A DNA stretch of 62,750 nt, filler included, from Basidiobolus ranarum (GCA_040143965.1; 48 parts of 48 records of this genome joined end to end with filler, not necessarily neighbours in it), one strand, 5' to 3'. Counted from the whole stretch's first letter, positions 23,628 through 35,412 are shown. Notes: generated by a model from the letters alone, not told the origin. Numbers and translations are program-made.

Positions 23628-24838
23628 GCTGGAATACAAAGCCTAAAATATCTAAATAAAGGCATGCATATTAATTCGAATTCCTACAGCAGTAAACCCA
23701 GTAATTTGCCATTCAAAAATTATATTTTTGCAAAAATTGCTGGTTATTATATAACACATGCCAAATTTGAGGTCAATATTTTAACATGTATGAATACCGT
23801 TAAAATACAGTCAAGAAACCGCCATCACACCATCAAAATCCTTGGCAGAATGCAAGCCAGCAATATTGTGACAGTTCTCTGATGGTTCTGCTATTTCAGC
23901 GGGTGGATCCAATCCGGATCACATCGATTTTATTTTTGTTAGGGTGATGCTCTGTGTGAAATTGTCAGTATTACTGTATGCTAATCTGATTAGCAATGTA
24001 TCAGCAAAATCAGTGATGGATGTAATGCAATAGGTTAAGGAGACTCCAGAGTATATTAACCTGCCAACAAAGGGCTCTTTTCTATGTGCTCATGGGTTTT
24101 TGCATTGTTTGAGCATAATGGACTTGTTCTCAGTGATAGTGCCAGATTGTGCTGTATATATCATATTAAATAATATATTCTAAAATTTATGCAGCACAAT
24201 TTGGCACTATCCATCACCCTCAGGCATGATCTATTTCAATCACATTTACTCTAATATATTGATCAAAGGTGCAATAAATCCTGGTGAAATGGAACAAGTC
24301 CAATAACAGCAACAAAGCCCAATCTATGGACACAGAGTGAGTACCTCTATAATCATACTAATTTGCTTGTGTGATATCTGACAGTGCTTTTAGGAAAGCT
24401 GCAAGACAGACTTCTTGGTGAGATAGATCAAGATATGCAGTATTATTGTTTTAGCCATGGGGTAATCTATTCCAGTAATAGCACATCTACTTTTGGCAGG
24501 ACATTTGTTGACTGCAAGTCCAGGATAAATTGGCTGAGTTCTTTACGCAAATTTGCCAAAATCCAAGAGCTTATTCTCATTGTGAACAGTAACAAGAGTC
24601 AGCTATTTGCCAAGTGTCAGTGCTATTCAAAATTTCAGATGTTTAGCAATTTTTCCACAATTAGTTTGCTGGTAAAGCATATTGATGTTATTGAGTTATG
24701 TCTAATCAGTGAAGTATGTGAATATGCAGAGACTAAACACAATGAGATTCTTGTATTTTTTGATTCTCATTATGGCTGGAATACAAAGCCTAAAATAACT
24801 AAATAAAGGCATGCATATTAATTTGAATTCCTACAGCA
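23628..24838 (+). mobile_element. CACTA/CMC transposase-side terminus (ends 23944) inserted into the transposase 3' region of another copy
   Basis: ATTTTTGTTAGGG abuts TGATGCTCTGTGTG, which is internal sequence. The host copy's C-terminal frame ends at 24806. Confidence 0.88.
24120..24301. mobile_element. Complete 182-bp MITE with GGACTTGTTC terminal inverted repeats and AAT target duplication
   Basis: AAT-GGACTTGTTC...GAACAAGTCC-AAT. The empty site GAGCACAATAACAGC is visible at ~43614-43628, and a second copy lies at 32795-32942. Confidence 0.88.
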
Positions 24839-24938
24839 NNNNNNNNNNNNNNNNNNNNNNNNNNNNNNNNNNNNNNNNNNNNTTAATTAATTAANNNNNN
24901 NNNNNNNNNNNNNNNNNNNNNNNNNNNNNNNNNNNNNN

Positions 24939-25067
24939 CCAGGTGAAGAAGTACTTGGCTAGCTGAAGTAGCGCCCACACCATCCACAGGGTCCATAAGG
25001 CGATGAAACTGTCACGAACGTACTTGTCGTCCTTGCTCCAAAGGTTGTAATGATCCCAAAATGCCAT
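24939..25067 (-). CDS. 5' end of an uncharacterised membrane-protein gene (paralog 1)
   Basis: CAAT-ATG then MAFWDHYNLWSKDDKYVRDSFIALWTLWMVWALLQLAKYFFTW, running off the contig. Similar to 26026-26148. Confidence 0.75.
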
Positions 25068-26025
25068 ATTGAAAATAATTGTTCAAGATTTGTTAATTCT
25101 TTTGTCTGAACGAGATCAGCGATGTAGGTGTTCTTTAGTATTGAATGGAATAATATGTTGAAACTGAATTTTTGAGTTTCTGAAGGTCCAATATATACAC
25201 TAATACCGCCAGTCATAACCGACTTTCCATTACGTCACTAGGTTGTGACGATTCTTTTTGAGGGAATTAGTTTCGCCAGTCCTAATGATAAACTTGGTAC
25301 GGATATAAATTCCGCAGGCAATTATTGTTAATAAATGGTCTACTCCTCATTTCGGATAGAGATAGCATGCTATATCTGAAAAAGGCTACTTTCACATTCG
25401 ATGACCGTATTACTCGACTTGTGATGATTAAGACGTGACCTCTGTCTCATCGTCCTCAGTCAATGATTGCAATGATGATATAACGGAGTATTGACATTTG
25501 GATTATTCCGGTTCTTCACATAACAAACATTCTACGAAAGGATTGGAAGGCAGGTAAAAGGTGGCCAGCTGGCAGATTTGGTTTGAAATACTATTTGCAA
25601 TATGACTTCGAATCGATTTGGAAGTTTATCCTTAGCTACTTGCGTCTTAACACACCAGTAAATAATTGAATTAATCTGTGAACTAGTAACTTCTCGTCTT
25701 CTCATGATCCCGTTTTTACTTCGGCTAAATTCTCAAACATTCTCGTTGTTTGAGTCGGTTTTTCAACCACTAGATAAAATCGTTCCTTTTGTACTGATCT
25801 CGTGATAGCACTTCAATCATTAATCTAGTGAGAAAAAAGTATTCTGTTTTAATTCTGTTTATCCGCAATATAGGAACTATCTGAATGACCATCACTTCTT
25901 ACTGTACTTTTGGGTATGACTAAGGCAATTGATAATATAAATAGGACTGTGTGAGGTATGGCAGTCCTTATACTTCATATTCATAAAGCCAGAAACAGTG
26001 AAATACTAAAGAACATACTTTAATC

Positions 26026-26148
26026 ATGGACGCTACTAATCCAATATACGGCCCATTACGCTTTGCTGACAATACCAATGTTCGCAGGTCATTCATTGCA
26101 CTCTTCACCTTCTGGATCATCTGGGCTTTGCTGCTCCTTGCTGACCAT
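26026..26148 (+). CDS. 5' end of an uncharacterised membrane-protein gene (paralog 2)
   Basis: AATC-ATG then MDATNPIYGPLRFADNTNVRRSFIALFTFWIIWALLLLADH, running off the contig. TATAAATA at 25936. Confidence 0.75.
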
Positions 26149-26248
26149 NNNNNNNNNNNNNNNNNNNNNNNNNNNNNNNNNNNNNNNNNNNNTTAATTAA
26201 TTAANNNNNNNNNNNNNNNNNNNNNNNNNNNNNNNNNNNNNNNNNNNN

Positions 26249-27458
26249 TATTGAGGAGTGGAGAGTTCAATCCAATCTTAGCAACAAGGTGTTTATTGGT
26301 TTTCTTACACTTTTACCACAGTTGATTGGCAACTGTTGCTTGCCACAGACCTGGTACAAATGGAAAACACTTGTCAATTGTAAGACTTATAATCCTTCAT
26401 TAATTTAACTACCTTCATGTCCAAATGGTTGTTTGGCTTTCACCAGTGATCTGAAAAACCTGAAGTCATGTACTGTTTGCACACAATTGGCAATCTCGGA
26501 ATCAGGTATATACTGTCTATATTTGGCTTCTATACCTTTGACTCCCCATCTTGAAGTTTTGATGAAATCACACAAATATAGATCATTTATCCAATACCAA
26601 AGTACTCACTGTAAAGCTGATGGTATTAGCAACATACTTGATGGATATCACTACCAGAATCCGAAAACTCAAGGTTTCTTTGAGAACACGTATGATTGTG
26701 CATTTGCATTGGCTCTGGATGGTTCCTTGCTAAACAAATATACAGTTGGAAAGACTTGCTGGCAAATAATTTTAATCAACTTATATATTCCTCCTTCTGA
26801 ATGGTACAAGAATCATAATATTTTGATACTATCTATCATTCCTGGATCTAAATCACCAGTGCTTATAGATAGCTTCTTGGAGCCTTTGATTGTGGGATTG
26901 AATAGTTATCTAATGGGTTTCATATGGGTGAATACTTTCTTAAAGCTAATATCAATGTATGTATTGGTGACACTCCTGCCATCAGTAAACTTGGAGGTCT
27001 TTGTGGGCACAATTCACTATCTTGCTATAGATTTTGTTAAATCAATGGAGTCTACTCAATCAGGCATACATGTTCCCACTATACAAATACAAGACTAAAC
27101 TGCATGATTTTACTGTCAAGAGCCTGGTCAGATTTCAACATGATCACTGATATCAATTCACCAAATGCTCAGTTTAACATCAAACTTGGTATTAGCGGTA
27201 AGCCTAAGATTATATTGCTAAAGGGGATCAGTTGGACCTAGGGCTTCCCATTAGGCATTAAGCACTTACTATTCAACAAAATTCCAATACTACTTACTCA
27301 GCAATGTGGTGGAAAATTCAATATGAATGAGCCATTCAAGATGATATCAAAGTTTTAAATGATTGGGAAAATGCTTGAAAATGTCAAGATACCATTGTAT
27401 TTTACTGGGACTCCCATCAATATCCACTCATCTAGGCATTCATTTATATGCAAAGACT
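26249..27458 (+). mobile_element. CACTA/CMC transposase core (decayed)
   Basis: Colinear with 22317-23527. Confidence 0.92.
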
Positions 27459-27558
27459 NNNNNNNNNNNNNNNNNNNNNNNNNNNNNNNNNNNNNNNNNN
27501 NNTTAATTAATTAANNNNNNNNNNNNNNNNNNNNNNNNNNNNNNNNNNNNNNNNNNNN

Positions 27559-28767
27559 CTCTATGGTTTAAAACAATCTCCAAGAGCTGGGAATTGAAAG
27601 AAAGATGCTTTTTTAGAAACACTCATATTCCAAAAGAGTAATGCTGACTATAGTATCTACTTCAGGCCAGATAAGACAAACCCCATTTTATTAGCCTTAT
27701 GTGTAGATAATCATATTATAGCAACTAATGACTTGAAGACTTTGGAGAAAACCAAATCCAGCTTAGCTGTCAAATTCAAAATGACTAATCTTGGTGAACT
27801 GACATACTATCACAATAAGGAACTGGACAAGGACTGGAAACAATGAAAAGAGGTTAGAAGGCAGGAGAGTACATGGGGGTAGATCACAAGACAAGACAAG
27901 ACAAGACTGGACAGGGAAGATACTTTGGCAAGAATCTTTGTTGACAACTGGTGTTGATCAGACTGAGGTTGAATCATGAAATACATGAGGCTTATATAGA
28001 TATTGCAGGGTGGAACATAATATATTGAATAGGGAATAAATTGTGGCAAGTTCAAGTGTTGGGGTATTGGTGACTACAAAGACCTATACAAAGACGGTTG
28101 ATGTAAGGATGATAAGGTGACCTTCCATGGAAGGTATTGGTGGAAATACACTATGGGTGAGGTGACTTCATTGGTTAGGATTCAAGGAATGTTCCAACAA
28201 ATATGACTTCCATATAAGGTAACCTGGATGAACTAACACAAGATTGCTAAGAAGGGATAGCATAGCAGATATGATGTCATAATTTAATAGTAGAACAGTT
28301 CTATTTATAAGGATCAGTATTCCAAGATCAGAATCATGACATGTACTATCTTGGAATCCAAATTCAGATAGATAGAATTACCAAAACAATAACTTTAAAC
28401 CAGTCTAATTATATCCTAGACATACTAAAGAAGTTCAAAATGGAACAATGTAATCAAGTATCTATACCAATGGAGACAAATCTCAATTTGACCAAATTGG
28501 CTCAAATCAGATGTTTTTGGATTTAAATGAAGCCAGAATTTTCCTTATCAATCCATGATTGGCAGTTTGATGTATACCATGGTTAGAACATGGCCAGATA
28601 TTGCATATTCTGTGGGAGTTATGTGCCAATATCTTGAAAATTATGGATCTGATCAAATCATAGCAGTTAAGTGGATTTTCAGATATTTGAAAGGTACTGT
28701 GGATCTATGCTTAAAATACACATATTCTGGATCAATCTTTGATCTTATGGGATTTTCAGACAAAAAT
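27559..28767 (+). mobile_element. Ty1/copia family A RT interrupted by a solo LTR-D
   Basis: LYGLKQSPRA, LGELT/YYLGIQI, MIGSLMY...PDIAYSVG, RYLKGT. Confidence 0.92.
27808..28341 (-). repeat. Solo LTR-D (534 bp) with 5-bp target duplication CATAC/TGTAC
   Basis: Removing it restores the host codons seen uninterrupted near 45500-45520 and 50763-50785. Confidence 0.9.
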
Positions 28768-28867
28768 NNNNNNNNNNNNNNNNNNNNNNNNNNNNNNNNN
28801 NNNNNNNNNNNTTAATTAATTAANNNNNNNNNNNNNNNNNNNNNNNNNNNNNNNNNNNNNNNNNNNN

Positions 28868-29858
28868 CTTGACAAAACTATAAATGTCAACTTTCTACTC
28901 AATGAATCAATAAGTGAAAACCACCAATTCCTCTAATTCTCCAAACCACTTCCAACAGGCTCCCAAATACTTTAACAATGGTTTGGGTAATCCATCTGTA
29001 ATCATATCTTTGGTAGAAAAATAAGTCAAGTCAATAAGTTTGTTCTCTATATTCTCTCTAATAATGTGTTGTCTAATATATCTATGTTTGCTTCCAATAT
29101 GATGTGGGATTTCTAGCTAATTTGATACAACTTTGATTATTTTGAGGTATCATAGTTGATGAACCTGTGAACAACCTAAATGTGTTAAGAGTTTTCTTCA
29201 CTATAGCACTGCTTTTGTTGCTTCACAGGCAGCCACATATTCTGCTCCTGTTGTTGAAAGTACTATGGTTGGTTGTTTCTTTGAATTCCATGAACAGCTC
29301 CAGTATAGAAAAGAAATACATTGCCTATTGTAGATCTTCTGATTTCAATATCTCCGCCCCAATTGGCATTTGAGTTTCTCATCAGATCAGAGTTTGATCC
29401 TGAATACTTATATTTTGAGCACAAATCCTCAGTACCTTTCCCTAATTGAAATTTGAGGATTGTTATCATAGGAAAACCATCACAATTTTAATCCATTTGG
29501 GATTGATGGTTTACTTACCATCATAAAATTGTCAGTTAGATTTAATTTAAATCAATTTTTTCAGTTTCAGGAGCAAAATTTCAAGATCTTGCAAAATAGT
29601 TGCACATGATTGGCTAAAATCTCAGAGAACTATTTGATCAACACATGTGCAAAAAATGTAACTCAAATTTTACACAATTACCACTTGAATGCTCATTTGT
29701 CACCTTCAAAATCCCTAGTCTCTTTGATATATTCTCCTGAATATTTTAATAGAGTTCTTCATACCCAAGTTTTAGCTCATACCCAACATGAGTTTGTTTC
29801 AACATCTCCATCAAAGCTACCATTGTATTAATGTTGCTGAATCACCATTCTTCTAGTT
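28868..29858. mobile_element. Nested block: LTR-A end (28868-28977, +), copia RNase H (28978-29439, -), CACTA/CMC ORF2-side terminus (from 29440)
   Basis: ...CTTTAACA; NANWGGDIEIRRSTIG; CCCTAATTGAAATTTGAGG. Confidence 0.85.
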
Positions 29859-30176
29859 ACGGGTCAAGTCCCTGGTTCAGCTCCCTGATAACACACAAGG
29901 ATTTAACTCTCACAAGGGCAATCTTAGGGGATTATGCAGAATATTTTTGTAACCCAAATTTATGCTGTTCAACCGTATAAAGGTACCATTATGAATTCTA
30001 AACTAACCCTAATCTCAAACAAGTTTACGTTTTTCTAGCGGGGACATTTGAGCCTATGGGATATAGTAAGAAGGCTNNNNNNNNNNNNNNNNNNNNNNNN
30101 NNNNNNNNNNNNNNNNNNNNTTAATTAATTAANNNNNNNNNNNNNNNNNNNNNNNNNNNNNNNNNNNNNNNNNNNN

Positions 30177-30554
30177 TCAACGTCAACAACCAAACGAGAG
30201 CTTATCAACCACCATCAAGACTTATACTTTCAACATAGTTTATATGAGCCAATTAACTTAAAGTATGCACATCAAATAGCTTCGTATGAAGTAACGAAAA
30301 TAAACACAGCGTACTTGAATAGCATCTCCTTACAATTCGGAAACAAGCTACGTATGTTCTTAAACATACTCTTAAAGAAGAATGAACGAATAAAGATAGC
30401 GAAAGATGAAATGAAGAAGGGTAACTGGGAGGAAGAAGTGTTGGCTGCAGTAGAATCTATGGTCGAGCAATGCAGTAAAATCAAAACGACTATTTCGTCT
30501 GGAAAAATTGATAATCTACCAAAAGAATTCCTATCTTACGATACTGACTATTGA
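30177..30554 (+). pseudogene. Fanzor1-like (TnpB-like) protein, N-terminal/REC-region fragment
   Basis: Open from the contig start: RELINHHQDLYFQHSLYEPINLKYAHQIASYEVTKINTAYLNSISLQFGNKLRMFLNILLKKNERI...SYDTDY*. The QIAxYExTKIxTAYLN...FGNxLR pattern is what I recall from Mucorales-type Fanzor1. No catalytic motif lies in this part. Confidence 0.65.
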
Positions 30555-31720
30555 AACACAATGTAGTCACCAAGTGTGTGATATTTCCAATCATGGTTGT
30601 CCATAGTGATCGGTTGCCAGCCATCCAACTCTGACAGACCCAAGCATCACATAAACATTTCCCCAGCTCAAGCAGGAAGAATTGCGGCATGAAATCATGG
30701 AGAATTCTGCCAACGATACGTATAAATTGGTTGAATCTCTCATAATCGGTAATAGAGCCGTAGAACTCGATCCAAGTCAAAGAATGCTATCGTAAGGTGT
30801 TGGTTTAAGTGCAAAGCAAAGCTAAGTCACATCATTCTGTTTGACTTGTTTAATATTGGTCTTCCTTATTGGACTCTATGATGTCAGGGTTCAGATACTC
30901 GCAAGCACTCTTTTCAGATACCAAAGCCAGCTGGTGCTGCATATTTCGTATTGGACACTAGAGATCATTCCACTAATTTTATGAAATGTCTAATTGATTA
31001 TTTTAATTTGATTTTTTTAATTCGTCACATTTTAGATTAAAACACTGTATTGGACACGAGAAGTTATGCGGCTCAATAGGTTGAGTATCCAATACATATA
31101 CGTCATAGGCTATGTTGTGGGTATTTCGCTCATCCTGTAGATAAATCGCGATGTCTCTTTTATTTTGGAGATTGATTGTTCAAGAATTGTACATTTTGCG
31201 GATGACAAACAAATATATGCATATGGTAAGAGGGTATATAGTGTTGATTGAGGCATTATGGCTCAATAAAGCAAAGAGCTTAAGATTGTGCAGCTTGCAT
31301 CAAATAAAATTCGGCGCTATCCTCCCCAGTGCGTGGAAGATCATAGAAGATTCGGCGCCAATTATCCATCTGAAAATTTTGCTAGNNNNNNNNNNNNNNN
31401 NNNNNNNNNNNNNNNNNNNNNNNNNNNNNTTAATTAATTAANNNNNNNNNNNNNNNNNNNNNNNNNNNNNNNNNNNNNNNNNNNNACAACTGTAAACTCA
31501 GCCAGCAGGGTCTTGAACAAGGATGCACTAGTAGTGATTTATCCAAGGATATGAAAAAGTTCCTTGCCTATGCAGACAAAGCTAGGGAAAAAATATAAAG
31601 TATCAGAAATATAACACCTACCTGTCAGTACTTCCTTTGAGCTGGTCAAGTCCTTTCTAGTCACACAGTAGCCTGTAACTGCCTCTAGTAGTCTCTCTTG
31701 AGCTTCCTCTTCAAAGGTAT

Positions 31721-32694
31721 TGTTAGAGGGGATGAAAATAAGGGGTGATCACAAGTAGTAATTGTTAGTTGAAAACCAGAATGCTTTTTATTTGAAAAGA
31801 TATGGCTCCTATTTATACTTTTCTGAAGGTAGATATGATTACTAATGAGAATTTCCAGAAAGTTCCAGAGAATTCTATTGGTGGGGATTTGGTGTTATGA
31901 TATCATCATAAATCATAAGATTTGTAATCCATGGAATGTTCCGGCAAAATCAAGAATCTTGTGGAATGTTCCAGAAGATTGTAGAATTTTCCAGAAAATA
32001 ACAGGGCTAATGTGGGTTAATACTGATAAATCTGAAGTAATAGGGGATAATACTAATGGTGTCATGTGATTGTCTAGAAAACATGGGTGACTCAAATGAG
32101 GATAATAAAATAGAAATGTGCAATAGTAATGATATGAGCTTGGAGTGCAAATAAGTCAACCTGCCAGTGGGTAGCAATGCTGCAACACTGCATCCACCCC
32201 TCTCTGAATTTTGAACTTATGTGAAAAACCAAACTCAGCAGGTTGATTTGTTTCCTCTAGTCCTGAATAACTTTAGTTGGTTCCCTGCAACTGGTAGTCT
32301 GAGTTCTGTTCCATCTAGCTCTGCAGTGTAATAGCTTCCACTGCCTACAACTTTAACAATTTTGTATGGTCCTCCCCATTGGTTGTAAAACTTTCTGCTC
32401 CATTTTTTGTCAAAAGTGGAATTATATTCCAGGACAAGATCATGAACTTGTAGTGGCTTAGGTTGGGGGGATGGCTTTTGTCAAAGTAGTCTCTGTTAGC
32501 ATATCTGGCTTTCTTCAGTTCTTCAGCAGCTTTTTCTACATCAACATGGTGTCCATTGATTTGGGCTCTCCTGTTGCTGAGAAGTTCTTTGGTGGTCATG
32601 TTAGTTTTCCAGTTGAAAGTGTTCCAAGTTGTGGCTTCAGTTTCAATGGGAAGGATGCATTCTTGTCCATAAATCAGTCTCTGGGGTGACAATC
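31721..32694 (-). mobile_element. Ty3/gypsy 3' end (no chromodomain seen): integrase tail, polypurine tract and complete LTR-E (31721-32192)
   Basis: SPQRLIYGQECILPIE; WGGPYKIVKVVGSGSY; AGAGAGGGGTGGA-TGCAGTG...CTAACA. Confidence 0.88.
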
Positions 32695-32794
32695 NNNNNN
32701 NNNNNNNNNNNNNNNNNNNNNNNNNNNNNNNNNNNNNNTTAATTAATTAANNNNNNNNNNNNNNNNNNNNNNNNNNNNNNNNNNNNNNNNNNNN

Positions 32795-32942
32795 GTATAT
32801 ATCATATTGGATAAAGTATTCTAAAATTTATGCGGCACAATTTGGCACTATCCATCACCCTCTGGCATGATCAATTTCAATCACATTTACTCTAATATAT
32901 TGATCTAAGGTCCAATAAATCCTGGCACAATGGAACAAGTCC
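32795..32942. mobile_element. Second, partial copy of the 182-bp MITE
   Basis: Aligns with 24153-24301 and ends GGAACAAGTCC. Confidence 0.85.
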
Positions 32943-33550
32943 CATGTTTAACAGCTCCAAAAATGCCTGTTCTGCATTATTTTGCTGAGAATTAGATCTC
33001 CTTAATTCTTCATTCAAAAGCCTAGCACCATAATATTCCATTGTTAATGGCTCTGATCTTGATTCTAGGGCAATTATGAGGTTCCCAAACTTGTCTGTCA
33101 GGCTCCTAAGTAGTGTCATGACTAAGTCATCTTCATTTAAAATGTTGGTAATAGAACTGGTAGACATTCCTTTAACAGGTACCTTGGGGTTCATTACCAG
33201 ATAAAAGTGTTTAGGGGATTTGGAAGTGCTTTGGACAAGATTTGGATTTGTGAGTTTGACAATTAAGTTTAATTGAATTGAATATGTCCAATTTATAGTT
33301 TACTACGAGATAGGACTATTGGATGTGCATAAACCACAACAAGCATGCCTGTTAGTCAAGGGTAAAAATTTGAGGTGATTTGGAGAGTTTTTGAGAAAAT
33401 AGTGAGAATTGGTAAAAGTGATCTAATTGATATTTCTATTGATTAGAGCAATAAACACAAGTTTTTGAATTACAGAATTGAGTGCTAAATAATCAGAATA
33501 CTAATCAACTAACTACTAAATAATGAGTTGCTATTTGCCTATTTTCAACA
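32943..33550 (-). mobile_element. Further copia family: LTR-F (33199-33550), degenerate PBS and internally deleted gag
   Basis: TGTTGAAAAT start; GGTAATGAACCCC; gag goes straight from MSTSSITN to EDDLVMTLLRSL...ALESRSEPLTMEY. Confidence 0.7.
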
Positions 33551-34003
33551 TAATCTTCTATGCCAAGTTTGACAGCTTATTGCACCAGTTTTGGCCAAGT
33601 TTGCATGCTCAGAATGCGATTTTTTGATTTCTAACTTGTATAACTTTTTAAGTTTTGATCCCAGTAGCTAATTTAGTATTATTCTGATCTGTGATAGTAC
33701 ATCCATCCTTAATGATCAAAAAAATTTAGTCCTTGAGTTGTTGCTTGGCTTACTAAGAGTAGATTCTTGGCTATATTTGGTACATAGAGTACATCATCCA
33801 ATTTTGCAGATGGTGTAGCTGAATTTTGGTCTAAATTGAGTACAACTGTGCCATTACCAACTGCATCTAGTGCATAGTCATCATCTAAGTATACTTTCCT
33901 TGTTTGGATTGATTTTAAGCTGGAAAACCAATCTTTCCTGTTTGACATATGCTGGGAAGCTCCTGAATCAATGTACCATGTTTCTGAGTCTTCTTTAGTG
34001 GTT
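33551..34003 (-). mobile_element. Copia B protease and GAG-pre-integrase fragment
   Basis: WYIDSGASQHMSNRKDWF...; interrupted right after WHRRL by LTR-F. Confidence 0.9.
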
Positions 34004-34103
34004 NNNNNNNNNNNNNNNNNNNNNNNNNNNNNNNNNNNNNNNNNNNNTTAATTAATTAANNNNNNNNNNNNNNNNNNNNNNNNNNNNNNNNNNNNNNNNN
34101 NNN

Positions 34104-34287
34104 TGTTAAGGAAGGTCCCAGGAACATGTGTGCAAAGTTTGGGGCTTCTTTGAAAAATCTATATATCTGAGAACTTCTAAGTAAATTCCGATTGAGAATA
34201 ATTGATAATATCTTGGTGAATTATAAGATAACTAAGTACTAAGCTATATATGACTATATAGGTGTTTAGGCAATGCTAATTTCAACA
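34104..34287 (-). repeat. LTR-A, partial
   Basis: Matches 55822-56005 in reverse complement. Confidence 0.9.
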
Positions 34288-34937
34288 TATAGTATATAAC
34301 TCTGGAGCATAACAAGTAGCCTGCAGCAAAATATATGCTTCATGGAGACCAAATGCTTAGGACTAGAATCACAATTACTATTTATTAGTTATGAAATTCT
34401 TTTGTTACCAATCAATTGATTCATCACTGCATTCAATAATTATTCTTAATCAGATTTTGGTGAGTTATGCTATGGCCCTATTTTACTTAGTCTCCATGAT
34501 TATCTAGGTGTAATATTTGAACCCAGTACTTGAAATAGTTGTCCTATTTCAGAGATTTTTTTTGATTTTTCCCCAACTTTCATTGGCATAAATGATGGCA
34601 ATTTTACCGTGTAACAAATGCTATAGGCAACGCGTAAAATCAGTTCAAACGTGGCCGATCTTTCTAGATTGGTAATCGCTGCAACCTTTACGATTTGGAT
34701 AACAAAGATTAAGATTCATACGCCTCGTAGTTCAGCCCTTTACATAGTAGTGATGGAATTCATGATATGTATTTACTCGCTAAGGTTCTTCAACTCTTTT
34801 ATTTCAACTTGTATTGTGCTAACAGTTCTACTCAGTTACGCTACACCGCTGTAATCAAATCAATTATCGTACTGTATTCATCTATTCCAACTGCAGAATA
34901 TCAGCTCAAAATATGTATCTATATAGTCCAAAAAAAT

Positions 34938-35312
34938 CACGATTGGCTTGTTGTCAAATCTACTTCAGATTCAGTTCGTATTGATCGTTGTGAATTTGGA
35001 CCAAAGCGAGGCCAGGGTTCACCAATTATCATGGCTTCCAATGGAGTCTCCAAGACAGTCCCTATTGCCACCAATTTGCAAATTGATCGTTCTTACTTCC
35101 ATGACGTTATTCCTGCCTCCGACAATGGTGGTGAGGCTATCGCATTAAAAAAAACTCATCCAAATTTCCCTAATGGCCCGAACCGGTGCCAATGTTCAAT
35201 GCAACCTATTTGAATCATGTGATGGTGACCCAGAAATCATTTCTGTCAAGTCCAGTAAGGCTACAATCCGCTACCACACCATCCGCAACAGTGCTGGAGG
35301 AATTGTTTTGAG
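34938..35312 (+). pseudogene. Polysaccharide lyase family 6 (alginate lyase/chondroitinase B-like) fragment, frameshifted
   Basis: VRIDRCEFGPK...IDRSYFHD...NGGEAIAL, a frame change at the A-run near 35147-35154, then NLFESCDGDPEIISVKSS...IRNSAGGIVL. Confidence 0.75.
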
Positions 35313-35412
35313 NNNNNNNNNNNNNNNNNNNNNNNNNNNNNNNNNNNNNNNNNNNNTTAATTAATTAANNNNNNNNNNNNNNNNNNNNNNNNNNNNNNNN
35401 NNNNNNNNNNNN

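Noticed and set aside
24959-25216. 85-aa ORF listed in the track
   Set aside because: The convincing frame is the overlapping one starting at 25067, which has a paralogue on the same contig.
30490-30780. 96-aa minus-strand ORF as a transposase partner of the Fanzor fragment
   Set aside because: No DDE or other transposase motif is visible.
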